Shown: positions 47,864 to 61,342, counted from the first letter of the stretch. The stretch: DNA of 64,000 nucleotides from Fimicolochytrium jonesii (GCF_025526975.1 NW_026515694.1:62001-126000); one strand, 5' to 3'. Made by a program: numbers and translations. Notes: generated by a model from the letters alone, not told the origin.

Positions 47864-48283
47864 CGCCACGCCCACCTCCTTCACAAACGCTCCCAACAGA
47901 CTATGCTGCCCCTGACCACCCCGAAAATAGGAAGCCTTCGCAACAACAATCAGCCTGTCCTTTGCATGGGTAAGCGCCACATTCATCCGTCGCTAACTGA
48001 TGACAAAACCCATCCGCGCCGTGCGCACCGCGCTGAAGACAATGATATCCGCTTCTTGTCCCTGCACAGTGTCGACGGTATGCACGCGCTCGTCAGCGAG
48101 GGTGGGTTCTGCGTCGGTTTTGCGGTCGGCGCTGAGGCGGGTGATGCGGTCGCGGAGACGGTTTGCGATTAGTTCTTTTTGGGCGACGTAGGGGGTTATG
48201 AAGAGGAAGTCGGTGGTGAGGTAGTGGGAGAGCATGAGTTTGACGACTGTTCCGGCTTCTTGGGGTAGGACATCGTCGACCAG
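47864..48283 (-). pseudogene. Fragment of an Upf1/Sen1/Dna2-like SF1 helicase (C-terminal RecA2/AAA_12 region)
   Basis: ITPYVAQ, VHTVDTVQGQEADIIVFSAVR and GFVIS*RRMNVALTHAK. Confidence 0.8.
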
Positions 48284-49580
48284 AAAAGAAGACCACAGGC
48301 CGGAGCTGAGGTAACTTCTTCCATTGTCTGACGAGAGTAGGCAGATTCGTAGGGATCGTTTCATCGCCAGAAGGTTGTCCAATCCAGCCAGCAATAGCGT
48401 AGCCTGATGAGTCGGTATAGACGTAAATCGGCTTGGTTTCATCGATTGTTGCAAGCGTAGGCGCATTGATCAACGCTCCTTTCAACTTTTGAAATGCCTC
48501 TTGTTGCTCAGGACCCCATCGAAATTTGACTTTCGAAGATTGAATGCTTGATAGGGGCAGAGCGATGTCCGAATAACCTTGTACGAAGTCAAGGAAGTAG
48601 TTCGTGAACCCGGGAAAGCTTTGAACTCCTTTTGTTGACTTTGGAGTAGCCCAATCCTTAATAGCTTGGATTTTCAAGGGCGTGATGCGAACACCATGTC
48701 TTCCGACAATATGTCCACACCATTCGAGTTCTTCTTTAGCCCATACGCACTTTGAAGGCTTGATGAAAAGGGCGTGTTCTTCAAGTTTCTTCAGGATACG
48801 ATCGACGTGTTCCCGATGTTTGGCTAAGGTCTTCGAGAAAATAAAAATGTTGTCCAGGTAGGTAGCAAGGAATTCGTCATAGTCTTTATGGAAGATCTTA
48901 TTCATAAGACGTTGAAATGCAGCAGGTGCGTTGGTAAGCCTGAACGGCATGACCAAATACTCGAAATGTCCGAAGCGAGTTCGTATTACCGTTTTTTCTC
49001 GATCTTGTTTTCGTATAAGAAGACGATGGTATGCTTCTCGAATATCGATAAGCGTAAACCATTTACAACCTTGAATCCGATCCCGCATCTCACGAATATT
49101 GGGTAAAGGAGTGCAATCTTTCTTGGTGACGGCGTTGAGACCTCGGTAGTCCCAACAGATGCGTAATCCACCATCTTTCTTTTTCGCAAAGACGACACTA
49201 GCTCCCCAGGGACTTGAGGAGTGTTGTATCCATGCTTTTTCGAGCATCAAGGTGATTTGTTTCTTGAGTTCAGCGAGTTCTTCTTTAATCATGTGCCGAA
49301 GAGGTTGCCAAACGGGTTCAGCACCTTCAGTGAGTTCGATCTTGAAATCATCTTCTCCGCGATCTGGGGGTAGACCTTCCGGTTCCTTGAAGAGCGTATT
49401 GACGTATTGATTTAGGATATCCAGGAGATGTCCAGGATTTTTTTTAAGCTCTTGAGGAGCGTCCGGTATTTCGTTAAGAGCGAGGCGACAGACCGTGTCT
49501 TTTTCAAACTTGTTCCGTCGCCAAGCCTTATTGAATCGCTTGGAAGTCATTTCTATGACTTGAGGATTGCGAAGGGCATT
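48284..49580 (-). pseudogene. Family B RT-RNH fragment
   Basis: KKDGGLRICWDYRGLN, MPFRLTNAPAAFQ, YLDN (dead YLDD) and YTDSSGYAI. Confidence 0.9.
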
Positions 49581-50549
49581 TGTTATGATCTCGACGACTG
49601 AGGCGGAAGTGAAGTAGAGAAGACAAGGCGAGAGTGATAGGCAACAAGAGATTGCATTGGCAAAACAAGAAACAAGGACTAGAACAGGAGATGAGAAGAA
49701 CTGGTGTTGATCTGCTGGGGAGGAAGGGAATGGACGAAGAGAGGCCGGCTACTTATAGATAGACAACCCTGCAGATCAAAGAACAACAACAAGAGGGGAC
49801 TGGGGGGGGCGCCAGCTATGCTCCTAGAGCGGGCGTGGCGAGCGTAGGGAGCATTGCTACAGCTGCTACAGCTGCTGGCTATGGAGAAGCAGTGGGGGGT
49901 GTGGAGAAGCCGGGGGGAATTGGCGAAATGAGAGGAGGGAGGAGGAGCGGCGAATGGGGGGATTGGCAGATGAGTGGAGAGCGGGAGATTGGCGAAATGA
50001 GAGGGGAAGGCATTGACATTGACATTCACATTGACACTGACACTGACATTGACATTGGCGTTTGACATTGGCGGCTGTCAGTGTGCTGTCATGAGGTAAG
50101 CTTATGGTATGGGCGCGTCATCCATAACATCACCCCTCCCTTTAGCGGCGGCGGCGGCGGCGTCGAGTCTGGTGTGGTTGCTGAGGAGGCGCTACGGGAA
50201 CAGAGGAAGGCTTGTTGGGGTACGCGCTGTGGAAGTCCTTGAGGAGGGCGTCGGTATGGGTGAGGTGTTCCACGGGCTCCCAGGTGTTTTCGGAGTCAGG
50301 CCAGCCTTGCCATTTGACCAAGTACTGAAGGCGACGACGATGGGTGCGAGAGTCAAGGATGGCCTCGACAACCCACTCTTCTTGACCCTCAATGGTCTCC
50401 GGAGGCGTGGGTTCCGGTTCGTGTCGTTCAGGGATGGTGAAGCCAGGTTCAAGGAGCGAGACATGCAAGACATCGTGGATTTTGTATGTAGCCGGGAGCT
50501 TGAGACGGTAGGCGACGGGATTGATCTCCTCAACGATTGGGAATGGCCC
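49581..50549 (-). mobile_element. Family A 3' end (chromodomain, PPT, 3' LTR 49581-50129)
   Basis: GPFPIVEEINPVAY...EWVVEAILDSR..TWEP, followed by the LTR. Confidence 0.92.
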
Positions 50550-53500
50550 TGTTATGGACGACGCGCCCATACCATAAGCTTACCTCATGACAGCACACTG
50601 GCAGCCGCCAATGTCAAACGCCAATGTCAATGTCAGTGTCAATGTCCGTGTCAATGTCAGTGTCAATGTCAATGTCAATGCCACTCCCCCTCTCTCCTCT
50701 CATTTCGCCAATCCCCCCGCAATATCGCCACTCCTCCATCCATTTCGCCAATCCCCTCATGGCTTCTCCACACCCCCCACTACTTCCCCATAGCCAGCAG
50801 CTGTAGCAATGCTCTCTACGCTCGCCACGCCAGCTCTAGGAGCATAGCTGGCGCCCCCCCCCAGTCCCCTCTTGTTGTTGTTGCTCTCTGATCTGCTGGG
50901 TAGCCTATCTATAAATAGCCGGCCTCTCTTCGTCCATTCCCTTCCTCCCCAGCAGATCAACACCAGTTCTTCTCATCTCCTGTTCGGGTCCTTGTTTCTT
51001 GTTTCGCCAATACAATCTCTTGTTGCCTATCACTCTCGCCTTGTCTTCTCTACTTCGCTTCCGCCTCAGTCGTCGAGATCATAACAGTTTGATCTGCTCC
51101 AACACTGCGAAGTTCAGAACCCGTCTAGCCCTGCATCTGCCACACCTTTTCGCCATGTCCCAATCCGAATCCGTACCTTTCACCGCCGAACAATGGAATG
51201 AGATGTGCCAAGCCATCGCCGCCTTGCAAAGCCAAAACGCCAACTTGCAGGCCAACCTAGCGCAAGCCCAAGCCGACGCACAAGCTGCCCAGAACATTGC
51301 TGCCCAGGTCCAAGCCGATGCGTATACCCGTCCTCAAGTCACCAACCCTGCTCCCGGAGCTCTGGAGCCAAGGATCAGCTCGCCTGAGAAGTTTGATGGT
51401 ACCCGCAGCAAATTCCGTGGGTGGTTGAACAACATCCGGTTGATGTTTGCTCTCCAGCCCGACCGCTACCCCATCGACATCATCAAGATCCAAACGATTG
51501 GCACCTACCTCACCGGCACTGCGCAAGCCTGGATGGCGCCCCTAGTCGAACTCCAAGATCACAGCCTTCAGGACTTCAATAGTTTTATCAGTCAGATGCA
51601 ATCGGTCTTCGGAGACAGCGACAGGATCCGCACCTCTGAAAACAAGCTCCAGAAACCTCGCTAAACCCGTGCAGCCACCGAGTACGTCGCTGAGTTCCGC
51701 CAGCTACAATGTGATGTCTCCTGGAATGACCAGGCCCTGATTGCTACCTTGCGCCGTGGCCTCAAAGAGGACGTCAAGGACCTGATGCTCACAATGCCCC
51801 CTGCTGCCACCATTGATATGGTGATGGAGCAGGCTATCCAGTGCGATAACCGACTGTTTGAGCGCCGCCTGGAACGAAACAGAACCCGCCAGACCTTCCC
51901 AGTTCCCCATACCTCGTTTACCACTACCACCGCCGCTGACCACAGCGAGCCCATGCAGATTGCCGCTGCTCGTCCCCGCGGCCCTCTGAGCCCCCAGGAA
52001 CGCCAACGCCGCATTTCCGACAACCTCTGCCTCTACTGCGGGGGCGCGGCGCACATTGCAAAGGCCTGCCCAGCCGAGAACAAGACCACCACCCGTGCGG
52101 CCAACGTTGACATCAAAGAAACCTCCACGGAACAGGGTTTTCCCAAGGTCCAGCTGCAGTAAAGCCCCAGCGGCTGGACAACAGACACTCCTCCGGGCCT
52201 CATAACCTCGCAGCTCCTGCAACGGAAGAGGCCGTTCCCCCGGTTCCCGACTCCGTTATAGCCAACACAACCCTCCTAGCCACCGCCCATGTCGAAAACT
52301 CCGAAATTAACCCATGCACCCTGCTCGCGCTGGGTCCCGTCAAACCCTTCAACTACCCCATTACCATCATGGTATCATCCAGCCGTGCCCCGATACCTAC
52401 CTCAACCATGATCGACAACGGGGCCCTGTCCTGCTCCATCGACAGAGACTTTGCCCGCAAACACCGCATCCCCCTAGTCCCGCATCAGCGTCCCCTGACG
52501 ATCGAGCTTGTTGACGGTCAACCCAGCTCTGCTGGGCCAATCACCCATCACACCCAACCAGTAGGCATGCGGGTCGACGACCACTTCGAAGAACTCGTCT
52601 TCCATGTCACAAAATCACCCCATGCTCCAATCCTCCTTGGTCTCCCCTGGCTCCGCCTCCACGACATTAACCTTGACTTCAAGAACCTTTCGTTCGGTTT
52701 CCGTTGCGACTGTCTGTACCATGAATTCGCGAATTGGGACAACTCTCCAGCACCCCCGAGCCCAGCACCCGCCAGAACCCCCGAGCCCTTGATCCGCATC
52801 CCCCAGGATGAAGTCCCCGTCGACGAAACATAGTCGATTCCAGTACCCAAGGTATCTCGCTCCAGCACCCCAGAACCGGCTCCCACGCCGCTCCGAGTCT
52901 CGTTCATCTCCGCCCCAGCCTTCCGGGTCGCAGCAAGGCATGACCAGGTCTTTGTTGCCTACGCCAACCCTGCGAAACCCGATCTCCCGGCCTCGCCTAG
53001 CCCCAGTAAACCCCCGACACCCGAGAAAGACGTCAAAGACTTCCTGCCCCCCGAGTATCGAGACTTCGCCGACGTTTTCGAAAAGAGAAATGCTGACACT
53101 CTCCCCAAGCACCGGCCCTACGACTGTCCAATCGATCTGGAAGAAGGCAAGCAGCCACCTTTCGGCCCGCTCTACAGCCTCAGCGAACCAGAAACGAAGG
53201 CACTCTGCAAATACCTCGAAGAAAACCTCGCCAAAGGATTCATCAAACCCTCAAAGTCCCCTGCCGGTGCGCCAGTCTCATTCGTGAAGAAAAAGGACGG
53301 TTCTCTCCGCCTCTGCGTCGATTATCGAGGCCTGAACAGCATCACGGTAAAGAATCACTACCCCCTGCCCCTGATCAACGGTATCATGGATTGTTTGCGC
53401 GGCGCCCGCCGTCTCACCAAGATCGACCTCCGCGGCGCTTATAACCTCTTACGCATGCGCCCGGGCGATGAATGGAAGACCGCCTTCCGCTGCCGCTACG

Positions 53501-55284
53501 GCCTATTCGAATACAATGTCATGCCCTTTGGACTCAGCAATGCTCCTGGCGTCTCCCAGTACCTGATGAACGACATCTTCCGCGACATTCTCGATGTGTT
53601 TGTTGTCGTCTACCTCGACGATATCCTGATATTCTCCAAGAACCCCGAAGATCACCCCAAACATGTCCGCGAAGTCTTGTCCCGCCTCCGACACCATGGG
53701 TTGTACGCCAAACCAGAGAAGTGCAAATTCAACCGCAAATCCGTTGAGTTCCTAGGCTTCATCATCTCCAAGAAAGGCATCCAGATGGACCCCAAGAAAA
53801 TCGCTGCCATCACGGATTGAGAGCCCCCCAAGAATGTCAAAGGCGTCCAGCATTTCCTCGGCTTTGCCAACTTCTATCGCCGATTCCTCCAAGGTTATTC
53901 CAAGATTGCTACCCCGCTCACAGCCCTGACCCGGAAAGACATCCCGTACGCCTGGACACCCGCCGCAAACACCGCCTTCGAGAACCTGAAGAAAGCATTC
54001 ACCACCGCCCCCATCCTTGCTCACCCTGACCCAGAGAAGCCCTTCGTCGTCGAAACTGACGCCTCCGACTTCGCTCTTGGCGCAGTTCTCCTCCAACCTG
54101 ACCAGGACAATCAGCTCCACCCCGTGGCCTTCCACTCTCGCAAGTTCACGGCCGAAGAGATCAACTACGAGATCTACGACAAGGAACTTCTGGCCATCCA
54201 AGACTCCTTTGCCCAGTGGCGACACCATCTCATTGGCGCCCATCACAAGATCACCGTTTACTCCGACCAGAAAAACCTTCAGTACTTCATGACCACCCGC
54301 ACCCTGAACCGCCGCCAAGCCCGCTGGTCGATATTCTTCTCGGATTTTGACTTTGTCATTACCTATCGCCCCGGTTCCCAGCAGCACCAAGCCGATGCCC
54401 TCTCCCGACGCTCCAAACATGAGCTAAAAAAGGGGGAAGCAGCGTTCCGCTCCCAGGCAACCACAATTTTGACTCCCGAACGCCTTCGACTCGCGGCTGC
54501 CTACCTCACACCCATGGATACTACGCTGCTTGACAAGATTAAGGCCGCCCAGGCCTCTGATCCCCTCGCTAAGACCATCCGCAAAGAGCTCAAGATACCC
54601 CGCGCCCAACGGACCGAGGAAACCCAAGATCGTATCAAGCGGTTCTCCAATGAAGATGGGATCCTGCTGCACGACAACCTTGTCTATGTCCCCACCAATG
54701 AGCTCTGAGCTGAATTCTGCCACAACATGCACGATACACCCCTAGCCGGCCACTTTGGGATGTCCAAGACGCTCGAACTCACCTCCCGCAACGACTGGTG
54801 GCCCAGCCAGTGGCGCTTCATCAAGGCCTACGTCAAGTCCTGCGATATCTGTAGCCAAGCGAAATCCAGTCGACACAAACCGTACGGCCTACTCCAGCCC
54901 AACGGTATCCCTACCCGCCCTTGGGGATCTTGGTCCCTGGACTTTATCACTGGTCTGCCTCCCGTTGATGGGTACGACTCCATCCTGAACGTCAACTGTC
55001 GCCTCACCAAGATGTCCCACTTCATCGCCTGCAGCGAGTCAGAATCCGCCGAATCCACCGCCGACCTAGTCTTCCACAATATCATCCGTCTCCACGGCCT
55101 CCCCAACGACATCATCTCTGACCAAGGACCCCACTTCAAGTCCCGGTTCTGGCGTCGACTTCTCGAACTCCTTGGGGCGAAAGGCAACCTCTCCTCGGCC
55201 TTCCACCCCCAGAGCGACGGCCAGACGGAAAGCACCAACCAGATCCTGGAGCATTATCTGCGATGCTTTTGGAACCACCAACAG
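50550..55284 (+). mobile_element. Family A copy A3 (5' LTR 50550-51086, gag-pol with several nonsense codons; 3'-truncated)
   Basis: Colinear with A1; stops at 51662, 52831, 53818 and 54706. Confidence 0.93.
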
Positions 55285-56355
55285 CCCATCCTGGGCTTCC
55301 TTGAGCTCAAGGGCGAGCTGTTCATGGACTTCCCTGATTTGGTTAGCGCAGGCTTCAGCGGCGGGGTTGACGCATTCGGAGGTAGCAGAGGCAGCGAAAC
55401 TGAAGCAGGAGTAAGGACAATGGAGACCCTTGTTGGCGTAGAAGGGGGTGGTCTGGGAGGCGGACTGGTGGGTGTTGTTGTAGGCGAACTCGGCGGACGA
55501 CCGAAGCTGTTTCCAGTTGTCCTGTTGGTGGTTGCAAACGCATCGCAGATACTGCTCCAGGATCTGGTTGGTGCGTTCCGTCTGGCCGTCGCTCTGGGGG
55601 TGGAAGGCCAAGGAGAGGTTAACTTTCGCCCCAAGGAGTTTGAGGAGTCGATGCCAGAACCGGGACTTGAACTGGGGTCCTCGGTCGGAGATGATGTCGT
55701 CGGGGAGGCCGTGTAGACGGATGATTTTGTGGAAGACCAGGTCGGCGGTGGACTCGGCGGATTCCGACTCGCTGCAGGCGATGAAGTGGGCCATCTTGGT
55801 GAGGCGACAGTTGACATTCGGGATGGAGTTGTACCCATCAATGGGAGGCAGACCGGTGATAAACTCCAGGGACCAAGATCCCCAAGGGCGGGTAGGGATA
55901 CTGTTGGGCTGGAGTAGGCCGTACGGTTTGTGTCGACTGGATTTCGCTTGGCTACAGGTATCGCAGGACTTGACGTAGGCCTTGACGAAGCGCCACTGGC
56001 TGGGCCACCAGTAGTTGCGGGAGGCAAGTTTGAGCGTCTTGAACATCCCAAAGTGGCCGGCTAGGGGTGTATCGTGCATGTCGTGGCAGACTTCAGCTTG
56101 GAGCTCATTGGTGGGGACATAGACAAGGTTATCGTGCACTTGTGGGGGGATTGGCGAAATGAGAGGAGAGAGGAGGAGTGGCGATATTGCAGGAGGATTG
56201 GCGAAATGAGAGGAGAGAGGGGGAGTGGCATTGACATTGACATTGACACTGACATTGCCACTGACATTGACATTGACATTGGCGTTTGACATTGGCGGTT
56301 GACTTTGGCGGCTGTCAGTAGGTAAGCTTATGGTATGGGCGCGTCGTCCATAACA
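55285..56355 (-). mobile_element. Internally deleted family A copy (partial 5' LTR ~56143-56355 fused to integrase)
   Basis: LTR start TGTTATGGACG on the minus strand is joined directly to HDNLVYVPTNEL...ELKEAQD. Confidence 0.9.
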
Positions 56356-56618
56356 TCGTCGGACCCTCATCAGACTGCTCGTCCTCAAAATCACCCGCCA
56401 ACGGGTTTTCGGCGGGGGCAGACCGCTTTTCCTTGAGGCCTTCGCGGTACGCCAGGTTGTCAGGGCACTTCGGGCTCTGAATACTCCTACGAGCGATGAC
56501 CTCCGATGCTGATGTGGGTTTGGCCGATGCTGATCGCCCAGCTTTAATGCAAGCTTGGCAAGTGAAGTCCGGAGTCGACTGCGACTTGGTCATGGTGGTT
56601 GAATTGGCGCGGTTAGAA

Positions 56619-56699
56619 ACTCTGCGTATGAGGTTGAGACACAGAGTGAATGGTTTTGGTGTGGACCGCGACTCTGCGTATGAGGTTGAGACACAGAGT
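56619..56699. repeat. 29-bp direct repeat x2 (ACTCTGCGTATGAGGTTGAGACACAGAGT), each with self-complementary ends
   Basis: Copies at 56619-56647 and 56671-56699; partial CACAGAGTC echoes near 56774 and 56796. Confidence 0.8.
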
Positions 56700-57461
56700 T
56701 CCTGGCATGCCCCCAAGGGCCTCTTCAGACCCTGCTTATATACTCCGCTTGTATTTTGATAATTTCAGTGCGACACAGAGTCGGTCTCGGTGCGGCACAG
56801 AGTCAGGATTCATATGTTTTGACACTTTTTGACACTTCCTGACGCGGAGACGTTGTCTTCCCCTCAATCAAGCCCCTTGGTGACTCACTCAGTCGGATTG
56901 GGCGCAAGGAGAGTAGTGAGAGATTGGGGTTCTTCAGTTCGCAATCTTTGCCACTGTTTCGCCCCTCTTTGAACCCTATTCAGACGTCCACCCACTGAGA
57001 CTTTGGCGCGTTTCTGGGACCATATCCTGCTTATTGGACCGAGCCCGTGGCTTTGGATCTGGAACGGCTTTGTTGCGTTTCTGGGGGCTTTATTCTGCTT
57101 ATTGGAGCGATTCCGGAAGTCTTGGGTCGGTACATTTTGAAGCGATTTTGGGTCTGTTTCGAGGGTAAATGACTGTTTCTGAAAAGTGTGGTTATCTGGT
57201 GGCCAATATACTGACGTGTCACGGACTTGGTCACTTTGGCCCTGTTTGGCCGACTTCGTCACCTTCCCAAAAAACAGACAAAGCAGACAAATGGCGTGCT
57301 AAATAAAGCGGTTCACATTGCAGACATCTGTTGCTCACTTTGCCTGATATCTCTGTAAACCAGCAGCCGGGTTCTTTTTTGGGCTCAAGGGGTCTTCAGG
57401 CCTTATTCCAAGTTCTGAAGGGTGCCGAGGACCATCCTTTGAGGCATCTTACCGGCTGTAA

Positions 57462-60400
57462 ATGGCCTCTAGCTCAAGGGTCCCGTCTCCAAGTCCTTCA
57501 ACCAGATCAAATGCGCCTCTTCTGGGACGGCGAGGAAGTGTAGACACCTTGGGAACAATGTCTGGCTTGCACACTCCAGAAGTAGATCCTGATGCCGATG
57601 AACGGGAAGACTTGTTGGCAGCCGCGGCGGCTGCTGGACTGAGTATGCCTAACCGGCCGGGGGCTAGCTCCGTTCGCGAAGCCGAGGAAGGTGCAGGGTA
57701 TGTGTGCACCAATGACACGCTAGCATCTCGACAAGTTGAACAAGACTGATAGAAAGACGTCCAGAAACGCGGAACCGTTCACTTTCAAAAGGAAAGGGCC
57801 ATCGAGACGAAACTCGACTTTTATCAGAAACGGGAGCATTCTCGGTGGACTAGCGGCGTCATGGCGCTCATCGAAGAGTTCTTTAATGGGATCTATTGCT
57901 CCGGCAAGTTTGAGAAGCCCGACGGCCGGAGTATACTATGGGCCCTCTGCCGCCGACAAGGTATGCTGTGATGCCTTGAGGTGGGATGTCAGCGATGAGG
58001 CGGCTGATAGGCTGTTGGCTATCTGTAGGTGGATAGTTATGACCCCAAGTCGGCGGAATGGGCAATGGAAGGAACGGGACGACGTGTAGCGTATGACGAC
58101 TTCACGACAATTGACTGGATACACGACTTTTCGAAAGGTGGGCAGCTGAGTCGACGAATATGCCAACGATTGTGGGTACTGATGGCACTTTCATCTACGC
58201 TGCTGTCAGAACGCGTGAGGATAAGAAAGATGCGTCAACATACGGGGATCCGCGGGAATATCAGAAAGGCCTTTGATGCATGCCAGGCCTGGATCTTGGT
58301 CTTCCTCGTGGGAGCAGTGACAGGGTTGCTTGCAGCATATATCGATCTTGTGTCGGAATGGGCCGGTGACATCAGAGAGGGGCATTGCAAGGAGGGTTTC
58401 TACTTGAATCGGAAGTTCTGCTGTTGGCATGTGGATGGAGACGACGTTTGCGACACATGGGCAGCCTGGGGTGGTGGAGGCGACGGAGCAGCGCATTGGG
58501 CCACAGAGTACTTCTCGTACATGCTTTTTGGAACGGGATTGGCTGTTACGAGTGCTGTGCTGGTGAAAGTTTACGCTCCGTAAGTCGGACATCTCTTGGC
58601 TGATGTGGTGCGGGAAATGTGCTGATGCACGGTCACTTTGTCACTCAGATATGCCGCTGGTTCTGGAATACCGGAGATCAAGACCATTCTGGGTGGCTTT
58701 GTGATCCGGAAGTTCTTGGGTGGATGGACGTTACTGGTACGATATCCAATTGTCAAGAATGGTCACCTGTTTGCCCAAGGCTAACACCCGTCCAGGTGAA
58801 ATGTATAGGAATCTGTTTATCGGTCGGCTCTGGTCTTTCTCTCGGCAAAGAAGGACCATTTGTGCATATTGCCTGTTGCGTCGGAAACATTTTACCTCGA
58901 ATCTTCGATAAGTATGCTAAGAACGAAGCAAAGAAGCGTGAGATATTGGTAAGCATGCTCGTAACGTAGACTGCTCAAGCTGCAAATGGCCAATTGTTCT
59001 GCGTTGCAGAGTGCCGCCAGTGCCGCCGGGGTATCCGTTGCGTTCGGAGCACCCATCGGTGGGGTGTTGTTCTCTCTCGAGGTATGAAACGCGTCTGTAA
59101 GATGAAGGCATAAGCCCGTGGCGATTTGCTCACCATAAACATCCGATTGCAGGAAGTATCATCGTACTTCTCGTACAAGACGATGTGGCGATCCTTCTTC
59201 TGTGCCATGGTGGCTGCCATATCACTGCAACTCGTAAACCCCTTCCGAACGGGAAAGTTGGTGTTGTTTGCAGTAGAGTATAAGCGACCATGGCACGGAT
59301 TCGAGTTGCCTTTCTTTGTCTTGTTGGGGATCTTGGGGGTATGTATGATCGGATATTCCTGTCACCATTCCTTCTCTGACACGTTGATTGGGCGATTCAA
59401 GGGCTTATTCGGCGCGTTCTTCATACGCATGGTACGTCCCCTGCGGTTCTGGAGATGGCGTCTTCACCTTTTGAGCTGATCTCGACATAGAATATACGGG
59501 TTGCCGAGTATCGCAAAAACACACGACTCCGAGATTGGCCAGTCACCGAAGTCTCTGTGATTACGTTCATCACGGTGTTGCTCAGCTTCCTTCATCCCTT
59601 GTTGAGGTACGTTGGCTAGCAATCAATACCCGCTGAGGAAGCTTCGCGCGGCTGACTGTCGGGCGTGCCTGTTTCTAGGGTTGGCAGCGTCGATTTGGTA
59701 GCAAACCTATTCCGAGAATGCGTCGAACATGACTCTAGCTTCTACGGGCTCTGCGAGTGAGTTTTGGTGTTGACTGGAGTCATCTGACATACCGACTGCC
59801 TGACACCTTCGTTTCGTTCGCAGAGAGCCATTGAAGAACGTGCCGAGCGTGATATTCTACCTTATTCTCGCCGCCGGGCTGAAGATTCTGTTCACCATTT
59901 TCACGTTCGGCATCAAAGTGCCCGCCGGCATCTTCATTCCTTCGATGACGATCGGAGCATGCGTTGGTCGTGCTCTGGGGATCATCATGCAAACTTGGCA
60001 GAAAGAGTACCCAAGCTTTTGGTTGTTCAACGTATGTGGCGAGGATTGTGTCACACCGGGAACATATGCGAGTAAGTATGCCACGCGCGAGTCACCGCAC
60101 GTAGTGAAATGCATGTCTGACTGTTTCGGTAGTGGTGGGGGCCGCCGCCGCCTTGGCAGGAGTTACCAGAATGACCGTGTCCCTCACGGTCATCATGTTT
60201 GAACTGACTGGTGCTCTAACCTATAGTAAGTGCATAGTATACTAGGTGAAGTTTACTCAAGACGGCATGCTGACCTTGCAACCAGTTCTGCCCATCATGC
60301 TTACGGTTATGGTCTCCAAATGGGTCGGGGACGCATTCGGCACCGAATCAATCTACGACGCGCACATTCACCTCAATGGATACCCCTTTCTGGATGCCAA

Positions 60401-61085
60401 GGACGAATACGTGTGGAACACGACAGCCGGGTCTGTCATGACTCGCGTTGAGGACTTGGAAGTCATTGTTGGGTCGGGGTGCACTTTGGAATCTCTGCAG
60501 GAACTGTTGCAGGGTACGGCATATAAGGGGTATCCTGTTGTCGATGGCGCGGACTCGATGCGGTTGATTGGGTTCGCTGGCAGAGCTGAATTGCGTTATG
60601 CTATGGGTTAGTTGAGATTCGCGGCGTGCACCTTGTTCATCCTCAAATCTGTGTGCGTGTGTTGGAAGTACTGACCAGCTCCACCTTCCCCGTATGCAGA
60701 ACAAGCTCGCAAAAACGAACTCCCACCCCACACGATCTGCACATTTGCCGAAAGTGCCTCGCCCTCGACGGCCCGTCCCTACTCCACCGCATCCTACGAA
60801 GAAAACGATATCTCCTTCGTCACCGCCACCGATTCTGAAAACCCCGAGTTCAGCGGCGACCACCGCGGCCTCAACACCGAGGACATGTTCCTCGACCTTC
60901 GCCCATGGACCGATCAAACCCCCATGACGATATCGCCACGATTCCCGATGGAGATGGTAATGGAGCTGTTCAAGAAGATGGGGCTGAGATATGTGCTCGT
61001 CTGCAAGGACGGACGGCTGGTGGGAGTTATTACCAAGAAGGACTTGTTGAGACATGTGAACGTCGAGAAGAGTCGATGGCACTGA
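57462..61085 (+). CDS. CLC-family chloride channel / Cl-/H+ antiporter (CLC-3/Gef1-like) with CBS domains, multi-exon
   Basis: [35 protein letters not shown] and C-terminal CBS domains (GVITKKDLL). The start codon is inferred. Confidence 0.93.
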
Positions 61086-61342
61086 GGTTCTTGAGGAGGA
61101 TGTCCTGAAATCTGTAGTTTAAATGTACATATGTAGAGTTTACCGTTTTTCTTAGCGTAATGTAATGTACATAAAGTAGTTTCGCCCGCATCTGGATCGC
61201 AAGAGTACAGTATCTGATTCCTTGATTTTATCAAAAAAAAAAATATTCCGACTCGGCTGTTTCTTTGGGACGCGGAATCGCTCTCTGGGCGATTTGACAC
61301 TCCGAACGTTTAGCCAATTCAAGACCGTGCACCTCAGCAAAC

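Larger units (their letters stand above)
8585..56355. mobile_element. ~48-kb nested retrotransposon cluster (Ty3/gypsy chromovirus families A, B, C; Ty1/copia; Polinton-like remnant)
   Basis: A near-continuous run of LTRs and gag/PR/RT/RNH/INT/chromodomain fragments in both orientations, apart from a ~7.4-kb non-retro island at 25547-32991. Intact host genes on both sides. Confidence 0.95.

Noticed and set aside
15211..50549. A1 ends at ..ATTGGGCC and the A remnant at 50549 begins GGGCC, suggesting two halves of one element split by an inversion
   Set aside because: Their LTR variants differ (the CATGACAGCACA insertion is only in the 50-kb copies), the outer flanks do not match, and the A1 end is explained by GGCCA microhomology with a B LTR.
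50550..55284. C>T / G>A nonsense changes suggesting RIP
   Set aside because: The contexts are mixed (CpG, CpA, CpC) and the elements remain GC-rich; this cannot be supported without a quantitative alignment.
55066..56394. Long 442-aa and 329-aa ORFs spanning the fold-back
   Set aside because: Chimeric read-through of LTR, integrase and antisense integrase; not real genes.
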